Source: a virus
Taxonomy: Duplodnaviria > Caudoviricetes
Virus record (IMG/VR): IMGVR_UViG_3300025018_000016
Location: 1-53,837 of that record
Reading direction: 5' to 3' (one strand)
DNA length: 53,837 nucleotides
Position 1 is the first letter of the stretch, and every line of letters begins with the position of its first letter. The position numbers were made by a program, and so were the translations under genes. Below the pieces are notes generated by a model. It worked only from the letters and a program-made list of their open reading frames with translations. It searched no databases and was not told where the DNA came from. This document shows positions 28,397-36,110 of the stretch, in pieces.

Positions 28397-28420
28397 TTCG
28401 CAATTTATGACTATTGTGTG
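28397..28420. repeat. Cassette-boundary site D: ttcgcaat-ttatgact-attgtgtg
   Basis: Overlaps the MTase-2 stop and abuts the UvrD RBS. Confidence 0.7.
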
Positions 28421-29301
28421 TTTAAACCTTTTAAAATGTGTGCTACAACATCAACAGTCCATCCATTTCCTAATAGCTTCCCAGCATTATTTTTACTAAC
28501 GATGGATGTGTATCCTCTTGGAACTCCTTGGAGCATTTCGCATTCATTAACAGTTAGTTTTCTGTATGTTTTGTTGTCTTTCGTGATATTTAGGTCAAAT
28601 AAGCTTGCACAAATAGTAGGACAATTACCAGCCACGTCGTATACTCTTCCTCTTTGCCAAGTTTGTTTTCTATTATTATCTTTTGGATTAATAGTGATAA
28701 TGCCATCAAAGCTGGTGGTTGGAGCATATTCAGTTCTATCAAGGAAAAATTGTAAATCTTTATCATATGGTAAGTCGTCTATGATATCACCAATGACTAA
28801 GCTTTTACGCTCCCAAGGTTGGATTGTTATATTCGTCCAGTAGTACCGTTTTCTTATATGACCCGTAAAATCTCTGCTGTCAATAAAAGCTCTGTTAACA
28901 CCCATTAGTTCATCTATTTTATCTGCTATATCATCTGTCATTCTTACATTTTCAAGTAAAAATTTTATGTTAGGATTAATGCCTTTCAAGTGATTCAGTA
29001 TGTCGAGATATACTAAAAACAATTTGCTTCTTTTATCATCAAAATTTAACTTTTTACCTGCTATTGAAAACCCCTGACATGGAGAGCCTCCTATTAATAA
29101 ATCTATGCTTTTCCAGTCGATATTCCAATCTCTCCAATTCTCTATATCTCCCATTTGTATGGTATCTGGATAGTGGTGTTGCGTTACTTGAATTGCTACT
29201 TCGTCAATTTCGCTGGCATAATAGTTATCAACATGAATACCTGCTCTTTCCAATGCCAACTGACCACAACTAATTCCATCAAATAAACTTAGTACATTCA
29301 T
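28411..29301 (-). CDS. DNA (cytosine-5) methyltransferase 2
   Basis: VLSLFDGISCG, GGSPCQGFS, LLENV, RKRYYW and LGNGW motifs. Start ATG 29301 after AAGGAG. Confidence 0.92.
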   Translation of the reverse strand: MNVLSLFDGISCGQLALERAGIHVDNYYASEIDEVAIQVTQHHYPDTIQMGDIENWRDWNIDWKSIDLLIGGSPCQGFSIAGKKLNFDDKRSKLFLVYLDILNHLKGINPNIKFLLENVRMTDDIADKIDELMGVNRAFIDSRDFTGHIRKRYYWTNITIQPWERKSLVIGDIIDDLPYDKDLQFFLDRTEYAPTTSFDGIITINPKDNNRKQTWQRGRVYDVAGNCPTICASLFDLNITKDNKTYRKLTVNECEMLQGVPRGYTSIVSKNNAGKLLGNGWTVDVVAHILKGLNTQ

Positions 29302-29321
29302 GTTTAAAATCTCCTTCTTTT

Positions 29322-29345
29322 CTCTCAATATCGTGCTATTGCGCA
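29322..29345. repeat. Cassette-boundary site E: ctctcaat-atcgtgct-attgcgca
   Basis: Upstream of the MTase-2 RBS. Spacer 7/8 identical to site B. Confidence 0.7.
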
Positions 29346-29519
29346 TCAATTTTCTTCCGAGTCAATTTCTACCCACTCAACAATATATCTACCTTCAAGT
29401 AGTGATTTCCTTTGAATCGCTTGGGCTACTGCAGAAAACGTAAGACCTCTTTTTCTTGCTAACCATTCTATCGCTCCATATGTACCTACAACTTGTTCAT
29501 TATTTGTAGTGTCGTACAT
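29346..29519 (-). CDS. Small DNA-binding-like protein (MYDTTNNEQVVGTYGAIEWLARKRGLTFSAVAQAIQR...)
   Basis: Read by hand. NUMOD1/HTH-like. Start codon uncertain. Confidence 0.5.
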   Translation of the reverse strand: MYDTTNNEQVVGTYGAIEWLARKRGLTFSAVAQAIQRKSLLEGRYIVEWVEIDSEEN

Positions 29520-29541
29520 TACAAGAACTTTGTTTTTTAAA

Positions 29542-29697
29542 TTATACGCTCCTTTTATATTCTCTCTCCTGTGCTTTTCTGTTTCTCTCTGAAATTTTAA
29601 TATTTACTTCTTCCAATCGGTCTAAAATTATTTCTTTTTGATCATTGATTTCGTCAAGCTCTTCTAAAATACTTTCTTTTAATTTTTCTAAGTCCAT
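29542..29697 (-). CDS. Small coiled-coil protein (51 aa, MDLEKLKESILEEL...)
   Basis: Read by hand, RBS AAGGAG. Confidence 0.6.
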   Translation of the reverse strand: MDLEKLKESILEELDEINDQKEIILDRLEEVNIKISERNRKAQEREYKRSV

Positions 29698-29737
29698 TTA
29701 ATTACTCCTTTTCTTGTTTTATTTATATTTCTTTTAT

Positions 29738-29766
29738 ACTATAGCATATATATATTTATATTTCAA
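29738..29766 (-). promoter_or_regulatory. Sigma-A promoter TTGAAA-17-(TGc)TATAGT
   Basis: Consensus-like with extended -10. Confidence 0.65.
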
Positions 29767-29788
29767 CATTATTTATTATATCTGTGCA

Positions 29789-29822
29789 TAAAAAAACAAC
29801 CTATGATTTATAGGCTGTTTTT
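29789..29822. terminator. Terminator hairpin aaaaaacaacctat-gattt-ataggctgttttt
   Basis: Inverted repeat with A and T tails after the SMC-like gene. Confidence 0.7.
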
Positions 29823-29827
29823 AATAA

Positions 29828-31849
29828 TTATAATTCTTTTAAATTTAATGTCTCATATATTTTACTAGTTAATTCATAAGGAGATAAGAAGAAAATATAT
29901 GTAAACATTTTTTGTAGTTCTTTGGAGTTAATAATAATTTCAACGTTTTCAGCATCTAAAGACAGAAGTTCATCAATGATTAATGTTTTGTTTATTACCC
30001 CGGTAATTTCTTGCAATGCTGATATTATACCGATTGACATTATTATTTGTTCACCGTCAGATAGATTAGTTATCCTACTTTTTTCAGTCATCCATCCAAA
30101 ATTCAATTGGTCTTTTCCGTTTTCATCGACAAGTTCAAAATACAGCTCTGCTTTTTTACCAAATATTTTAAGAACTTTGTCTACTTCATTTTTTACCGGC
30201 TCTAGTCGTTCACTCATTTTTTCTACTTTAAAAGCATTAAGCGATTTATACATAGAGTCAAATAACTTATGTGTTGCTTCAATTTCTTCATATCTCTTTG
30301 AACTTTCAATAGCAAGAGCTGCAGTGTTTTGTTTTTCTTTTAATGCTTCTAGTTTAAAATCAATATCATTAAGTTTTAACTCATTTGCTGCAATTATGCC
30401 TTCAGTAAGTTCTATTGGGTCATATGCTGAAATTTCTTCTTTTTCTAATATTTCAATCTCTTTTAATATGCGATTGATTTCATTAATTCGGTTTCCGTCT
30501 TTCATTTCAATCATATCAATTTTAGAATTACATAATCCTAATTCTTTTTCAATTATTGAATTAGCAAGAGTAATTGTATTTGCTTCATTTATGCTTTGTA
30601 CTTTTTTGTCATATAACTGGTGTCTTTTTTCAAGTAATTCTTTTTTTGTGGCTTTAAGAGATTCAATATCAAAACTAAAATCATTTTTGTTCGTTGTTTC
30701 CAATCTCTTAGAATACTCTTGTAGCTTCGTATTTATCTCTGTAACGTCTTTTAATCCATCTTGGGTACATTTATATCCAAACACAGGACAAGTTCCTTCA
30801 AATTCGCTTATTTCGATAATGCGTGAATTGATAGATTGTATTTCATATTCTATTTTGTTTCTTTCTGACATTAATTTTACTTGTTCTTTTGTAACTACTT
30901 CTTGTTTTTCTTCATTTTCAGAAATGAGCTTATCTATTTCTTCAAATTCTTTAGCGTAGTCTTTAATTAATGGGACTTTCTTTATTCCTTTTCGAACTAC
31001 TTCCATATCTTTCTGTAATTCAAAAAGTTCATTTGTGTAGTCAGTCTCTTTAATAACTTTTAACTCTTCTTTTTTTCTAACTATTGCACTTTGTTTCTTT
31101 TCTGCTGCTGCTATTGCGTTATTTGCTTTTTCAAGAGCAACAGCACATTGCTGAAGCGCTAATACTACCTCTTGCTTTTCTTGCTCTAGCTTGCCAATAT
31201 TTTTTGTGTTTCCAAGCATTTCCGATTTCAGTTCATTTAGAGAAGCTACAGCGCCTTTAAATTTCTTTTTTTCTCTTTCGTAATATGTGCGTTCTTTTAC
31301 TGCATAATCAATAGCTGCATCAAGCGAACTTGGAATGTCGCATTCATCATTATAAGCTTCAGCTTCAATAAGTTTATTGATTATTTCTTGTTTTGTTGGT
31401 TCGTTAAATCCTACCATGTCAAGGATGAACTTTCTGCGGTCAGTTGATTTCATTAACAATAAGTCATTATAAGAAAATACTATAGGAGCAAACACATTTT
31501 CTTCTTTTAATTTTAAATCAACTTCTTTTTTCCCCGAAGCAATAGCACGTTTACCAACAATATACTCAGCGTCAGAGGAATATGAACCTTTTTTAAGATC
31601 GTAGCGTATCCCTCTTGTAATTGTTGTTGGGCCTAATGTTAAAGTAACTTTCATAAAACTATCTGAAGATGCATATTCTAAAAATATAGCTCCAGGAAGG
31701 TTTTTGCTTCCAATGGATCCTGTATAAACAAATTCTAACGCTTTACGTACTCTACTTTTTCCAGAACCGTTAGGTCCAAAGCATATAGTATAATCTTCTA
31801 AATCTATTTCTCCGGTGTAACCCATAAAGTTTTTAAGTTCTAATATCAT
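29828..31849 (-). CDS. SbcC/Rad50-like SMC ATPase
   Basis: Walker A GPNGSGKS, long coiled coil with CPVFGYKC hook-like motif, signature LSDGE and Walker B IIDE. Confidence 0.85.
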   Translation of the reverse strand: MILELKNFMGYTGEIDLEDYTICFGPNGSGKSRVRKALEFVYTGSIGSKNLPGAIFLEYASSDSFMKVTLTLGPTTITRGIRYDLKKGSYSSDAEYIVGKRAIASGKKEVDLKLKEENVFAPIVFSYNDLLLMKSTDRRKFILDMVGFNEPTKQEIINKLIEAEAYNDECDIPSSLDAAIDYAVKERTYYEREKKKFKGAVASLNELKSEMLGNTKNIGKLEQEKQEVVLALQQCAVALEKANNAIAAAEKKQSAIVRKKEELKVIKETDYTNELFELQKDMEVVRKGIKKVPLIKDYAKEFEEIDKLISENEEKQEVVTKEQVKLMSERNKIEYEIQSINSRIIEISEFEGTCPVFGYKCTQDGLKDVTEINTKLQEYSKRLETTNKNDFSFDIESLKATKKELLEKRHQLYDKKVQSINEANTITLANSIIEKELGLCNSKIDMIEMKDGNRINEINRILKEIEILEKEEISAYDPIELTEGIIAANELKLNDIDFKLEALKEKQNTAALAIESSKRYEEIEATHKLFDSMYKSLNAFKVEKMSERLEPVKNEVDKVLKIFGKKAELYFELVDENGKDQLNFGWMTEKSRITNLSDGEQIIMSIGIISALQEITGVINKTLIIDELLSLDAENVEIIINSKELQKMFTYIFFLSPYELTSKIYETLNLKEL

Positions 31850-32958
31850 ACATTGTCCTCTTCTTTCTCAATAGAAGCTTTAATTTCTTCTAATTGTATA
31901 ATTGTAAGTGATTCAAGTTCCGGCAACTTCCTTCCAATGCGTTGGCAGCCTTTTTTTATCCATGCAACAAGTAATTTTATTTCTTCTGCGTCATCAACTA
32001 TAATTTCTTCGTCGTCAAAAGCGTTTATTTCTACAACAGTTTCGTCTGTTGTATTCTCTTGGTAATCTTCAAGGTCTGGATCAATTTGATTAAATTTTTC
32101 AGGTTCAACCATTTGAGTTTTTAAATAAGTTGCAATTTCTGCTTCTTCTCGTTCGACATCAACGTCAACCCACTGTACAATTTTTTCATAATGGACTAAA
32201 TCAACAAATTCTCCTTTTGTATTATATTTTCTTTCAGGATTAACTGAGTAAATTGCTGTTGCAGGGTGTTTCCTGAAGGCATTTCTTTTAGCTACAGTTT
32301 GGATTTTCTTCTCAAGGTTATTTATTTTTTCCTGATGCACACCTCTAAGTTTTAAAAAATCCGGATGAGTAACATCAACTGCAATACCTAGAATCATATC
32401 TCCTATTTCGTCTGTTGGAACAAAAATAGCATAGGGATATTTCTTTTTAAATTCAGGGAATGCATCTTTGGGACACATATGACCCATTTTTTCTTCTTCT
32501 TTTTGATAACTAATTTTTGAAATAATACTGCTGATCAATTCATCTGTTGCATTGTAATGAATTAAAGTTGGTGAAAAATGGAGCGTACCGTCAGGGCCAT
32601 AACCATAGAGTGTGATTTTGTAATACACCGCTTCTTTACGATTTGTTGAATCTAATATTATAGCCGGATTAGTAAATTCTTGGCCGTTAAGATTGAAAGT
32701 AGGCTCGACTAACATTTTTAGCCCGGCAAACTTATTTAAAAACTCATATCCTTCAGCTGTTAATTTATAGCTAGTTTCAACAACCCAATCATTTTTCGCA
32801 TTTTTCTTTTTTGTTTCTAGTTTCCAAAAATGACTTGCTCGATATGACAACTCAACATTATGTTCTATTCGTTGAATATATCCATCTTTAGTTTTTCTGA
32901 TCATTCCTGTTTGCCCCATAAAAGCTACATTGTTTTTCTGTACCACAAGTTCTTTCAT
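31846..32958 (-). CDS. Putative recombination / single-strand-annealing protein
   Basis: Position next to the SMC ATPase, acidic C-terminal tail and TVAKRNA motif. Family not firmly recognised. Confidence 0.4.
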   Translation of the reverse strand: MKELVVQKNNVAFMGQTGMIRKTKDGYIQRIEHNVELSYRASHFWKLETKKKNAKNDWVVETSYKLTAEGYEFLNKFAGLKMLVEPTFNLNGQEFTNPAIILDSTNRKEAVYYKITLYGYGPDGTLHFSPTLIHYNATDELISSIISKISYQKEEEKMGHMCPKDAFPEFKKKYPYAIFVPTDEIGDMILGIAVDVTHPDFLKLRGVHQEKINNLEKKIQTVAKRNAFRKHPATAIYSVNPERKYNTKGEFVDLVHYEKIVQWVDVDVEREEAEIATYLKTQMVEPEKFNQIDPDLEDYQENTTDETVVEINAFDDEEIIVDDAEEIKLLVAWIKKGCQRIGRKLPELESLTIIQLEEIKASIEKEEDNV

Positions 32959-32963
32959 AATAT

Positions 32964-33101
32964 TTACTCCTTCTTTGATTTAATGTTTTTAATTAGTTCT
33001 TCTAGTAATAAATTAACCGGCCATCCACGTTTTATTGCTTCTTTTTTTGCTAAATCAATAATTTTCGGGTCTAATGTTGTTACAAAGCGTTTTCTTATCA
33101 T
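32964..33101 (-). CDS. Ribbon-helix-helix regulator (MIRKRFVTTLDPKIIDLAKKEAIKRG...)
   Basis: Beta-strand plus two-helix pattern, RBS AAAGGAG. Confidence 0.75.
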   Translation of the reverse strand: MIRKRFVTTLDPKIIDLAKKEAIKRGWPVNLLLEELIKNIKSKKE

Positions 33102-33125
33102 GATATCAACTCCTTTATGTGCATA

Positions 33126-33155
33126 ATAATAGCACACATAAGCATACATAGTCAA
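33126..33155 (-). promoter_or_regulatory. Promoter TTGACT-18-(TGc)TATTAT with cata repeats (possible RHH operator)
   Basis: Heads the recombination/replication operon. Confidence 0.6.
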
Positions 33156-33164
33156 TAAGCAAAA

Positions 33165-33197
33165 TAAAAAGAGCACCTAATTAAAGATACTCTTTTT
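33165..33197. terminator. Terminator aaaaagagcac-ctaattaaa-gatactcttttt ending the late operon
   Basis: Imperfect inverted repeat with A and T tails. Confidence 0.65.
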
Positions 33198-33268
33198 AAG
33201 AAGAAGAAATATGCAGGAAGAAAAACAATGTACTTTTAGTATATATGCTTTCTTAAATTAAAGCAATA

Positions 33269-33550
33269 CTAAAATTCGGACCAAAAATAAAATAATTCAT
33301 CGTCATTATTTGTAACAAGAGAATAACAAGGGCTATTTTTATCCCATGAAAAAGATGCGCCGTTAGGCATAAAAGCATAATCTCCATTAATCGTTAATTC
33401 AATATCTGATTTTGCAGTAAATGAAATTGCGCTTGTATGATTAAATTTATTGGCTGCCATAAACGCTGCCAGTAAATCAGTTCCCTCTACGCTTGTTTGT
33501 ACTGCTCCTAATGACGTTAAAATTCTTACAGGTCTTAATGTTTCTTTCAT
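33269..33550 (-). CDS. Hypothetical protein
   Basis: 93 aa with RBS AGAGGAG. Confidence 0.6.
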   Translation of the reverse strand: MKETLRPVRILTSLGAVQTSVEGTDLLAAFMAANKFNHTSAISFTAKSDIELTINGDYAFMPNGASFSWDKNSPCYSLVTNNDDELFYFWSEF

Positions 33551-33565
33551 TATTCATTACTCCTC

Positions 33566-34192
33566 TCAATATTTGATTTTTGTGTATTTGTCATAGTATC
33601 TTTTCATAAAAACAGCAATTTGTCCCTCTAGTGTTGAATTAGAAAAACCAATTCCATCGTTCAAACCTTCCTTGTACATCCATGCCCATGCCATTCTTCC
33701 CCACATAGGAATTACGCTTAAGTCGATATCAACAATAAATTGCATTGGATCTTCTGAAGAATAAAATTCTCCATCGTGTGAATTCCAGTAATTTGACTCA
33801 TTGCCTTTATATCGTTTTGTTCTTATTTCATAATGCAAATGAGTACCTGTTGACGCTCCTGTGTTGCCCATATAGCCAATTATGTCACCGCACTTGATAG
33901 ATTGTCCTTCTTTTATAATTACCTTGCTTAAATGGCCATAAACTGTGCTGTAATCTAAGTTTTTATCGTCTAAAACAATGCGATTACCGTAAGTTGTGCT
34001 TACATCTACAAGAGCTGCAGTTGAATCATGTGTTGCAAAAATAGTATCACCATCAACTCTAAACTTCTCCGGAGCAATATCTATGCCATCATGAAAACCA
34101 TCGCCTAGTTCGCGAGGACCATACGGTGAAGTTATAGCGTGACTTTTGCATGGCCATATAGTATAAAACTCAGTGTTATTATAATTACTCAA
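33566..34192 (-). CDS. M23-family peptidase (probable endolysin)
   Basis: ITSPYGPR, HDGIDIA (HxxxD), YGN, YGHL and GNTGASTGTHLHYEIR (HxH) motifs. Confidence 0.9.
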   Translation of the reverse strand: MSNYNNTEFYTIWPCKSHAITSPYGPRELGDGFHDGIDIAPEKFRVDGDTIFATHDSTAALVDVSTTYGNRIVLDDKNLDYSTVYGHLSKVIIKEGQSIKCGDIIGYMGNTGASTGTHLHYEIRTKRYKGNESNYWNSHDGEFYSSEDPMQFIVDIDLSVIPMWGRMAWAWMYKEGLNDGIGFSNSTLEGQIAVFMKRYYDKYTKIKY

Positions 34193-34206
34193 TTTTTACT
34201 CCTTTC

Positions 34207-34896
34207 TTATTTTGCCATTACCGATCTGCTTCCATCGCTATTTATTTGATAATGTATTCCAAAAGTAATTAGCCCTGCGTCATCAGGATAAGTATCTTCT
34301 TCGTCTGTTGGATCTCTAAATAAAGTAAATATACATTGAGCCCCTATAGATAATTCGGATCCTGGAATAACATCAAATTCTACAACAAGACTTTTCCATG
34401 CTGTTTCTTCTGTGTTATCAATTGCTACAGTAATTGTATTAGTTCCGGTAAATGTCTCATTTGTATTTTTAATTTCATATCTCATTTGCCACTTAATGTT
34501 TCCGGCAGCTGATGTTGTAGGGCACCAATGTATATGAGGTCTTAAGTCTGTAGATTCAGCGTATCCATGAAGAAGTTCAAAACAACCGTCTAAATATTCT
34601 GCGGTAGAACCACCATTAAATCCATATATTTTTGTAGCGGATCCAATAAAATCAATTAAGTCTGGGGCAGATACACCTGCACGGAACACAGAAGGTATAA
34701 TTGGTATATCATCCCATAAAGAAAGTGCGTTAAATCCTGAATCAATAGCATTCCATTCTTTTGTTATTGAATTATAATATAATTGATCACCTTGATTATT
34801 TTCTTCCAACACGGCTCCCATGTTTTTTTTACCAATTATATCTCCTTCTGGTGGAGTAAACCCTAATTCTTTTATTTTGCTATCAAATTTAAACAA
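34207..34896 (-). CDS. Putative virion/tail accessory protein
   Basis: 229 aa, beta-rich, with HGY.E.TDLRPHIHW. Lies in the late operon. Confidence 0.5.
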   Translation of the reverse strand: MFKFDSKIKELGFTPPEGDIIGKKNMGAVLEENNQGDQLYYNSITKEWNAIDSGFNALSLWDDIPIIPSVFRAGVSAPDLIDFIGSATKIYGFNGGSTAEYLDGCFELLHGYAESTDLRPHIHWCPTTSAAGNIKWQMRYEIKNTNETFTGTNTITVAIDNTEETAWKSLVVEFDVIPGSELSIGAQCIFTLFRDPTDEEDTYPDDAGLITFGIHYQINSDGSRSVMAK

Positions 34897-34945
34897 TCCA
34901 ATTGCTCCTTTCTTGTTGATTGTTGGTATTTTAAAACTTTGTTAC

Positions 34946-34969
34946 TTCGCAATTATAACCTATTGGGAA
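34946..34969. repeat. Cassette-boundary site F: ttcgcaat-tataacct-attgggaa
   Basis: Near-perfect arms, 1 nt from the stop codon of 34971..35318. Confidence 0.75.
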
Positions 34970-34970
34970 C

Positions 34971-35318
34971 TTATAAAATCTTATCCATCCATATAATAAA
35001 TGGACTAATTATCGCAAACCATATTAACCAAAATGGTAAGCATGCTTGACCTTGTAGGTTAAATGGTATTTTACGGTAGTCCCATATCTGGTAATATTTA
35101 TTAAATATCTTGCCTGCTATAAACTCCAAAACAGTAATCAGACAGGCAAATATAAAACAGTTAACTAGATATGGTAAATTTAGCGTTAATATCAAACTGC
35201 ACAATACAAACGCTAAACCACCTACTAAGCCCATGCTACGGTCTGATGTATTGTCATACAAAACCTCTATGCCCATGTAGATTAAACCTCCTAAGATAAA
35301 TTTAATTATCCAAGTCAT
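34971..35318 (-). CDS. Multi-pass membrane protein (putative ABC-permease/CmpB-like family)
   Basis: F.LGG..YM.IE...SM.LVGG, IT.LEF..G..N....IWDY..PFN..GQ.CL.F..IW. Confidence 0.7.
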   Translation of the reverse strand: MTWIIKFILGGLIYMGIEVLYDNTSDRSMGLVGGLAFVLCSLILTLNLPYLVNCFIFACLITVLEFIAGKIFNKYYQIWDYRKIPFNLQGQACLPFWLIWFAIISPFIIWMDKIL

Positions 35319-35326
35319 TTAATCAC

Positions 35327-35875
35327 CTACTTAAACAATTCAGACATTTTTAATTCTGCTTCTTTTTTGCAAGCGGTAATATGTGCTTTTAAGTCTAACC
35401 CTAGTTTAATAATTTGGTCATTTGTGAAGGGATAGCAACCTACATCATTAATTGTCTTATGCTCTAATATCTCTTGCTTAGGCATTAAACCACTTTTGTT
35501 TAACAATGCAGTCAATACTAACCCTTGAATAGTGGCTTGATTTCCCATACCACTATCAAAAACCTTATCTTCACCTAAACAATTCGATACAAATCCACTT
35601 AATATTTTACTCGCACACTCATTACTGAATTCTTCATATTTTTTATTAGCGAATTGAGCTTGCCCTAGAGTAAATAACGCCTCAAAGTTATCCAACACAT
35701 ATTTTTCGATGTTGTCTCGTTCTTGAATAACAACGGTTATTTCGTCATATTCAAAAATGTCTTGTTCTTCTTTTTTGATTTTAACAACATTTTTAGTTAA
35801 ATTTATGGTTCGTATACCGTTATTTAGTCCACGAATCCATATTTTATCAGGTGTTATTGTTGATTGTGTTTTCAT
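35327..35875 (-). CDS. Tail-fibre chaperone-like protein (DUF4376-like C-terminus)
   Basis: EYDE N-terminal domain, then I.SGF.S..LG....FDS...Q..I.G. Confidence 0.5.
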   Translation of the reverse strand: MKTQSTITPDKIWIRGLNNGIRTINLTKNVVKIKKEEQDIFEYDEITVVIQERDNIEKYVLDNFEALFTLGQAQFANKKYEEFSNECASKILSGFVSNCLGEDKVFDSGMGNQATIQGLVLTALLNKSGLMPKQEILEHKTINDVGCYPFTNDQIIKLGLDLKAHITACKKEAELKMSELFK

Positions 35876-35893
35876 TTTTACCTCCTATTGAAA

Positions 35894-36049
35894 TTATTTT
35901 TTGTAAACAATAGTGTTATTTTTAAATGTTGTTTCGAGTGCATTATTAATCCAATTTCCACCATATACTTTAGGATTAATATCTTCTTGTCTATAGTAGT
36001 TGTCGTATGGATTATATGCGTTTCTAATTGTAATACTTATTTTATCCAT
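35894..36049 (-). CDS. Small Asn/Tyr-rich ORF (51 aa) containing GGNWINNA
   Basis: Read by hand, RBS AAGAGGA. Occupies the position where a DGR TR-RT would be expected. Confidence 0.45.
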   Translation of the reverse strand: MDKISITIRNAYNPYDNYYRQEDINPKVYGGNWINNALETTFKNNTIVYKK

Positions 36050-36110
36050 ATAATATCCTCTTTTCTATATGCTTGCTAGATTTACTAGGCACAAAAATTT
36101 TAATTTAAAA

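Noticed and set aside
29922-30959. 345-aa plus-strand ORF
   Set aside because: Antisense shadow of the Lys/Glu-rich SMC coiled coil, with Ser/Phe/Ile-rich composition and no RBS seen. The same applies to the other plus-strand track ORFs that overlap minus-strand genes.
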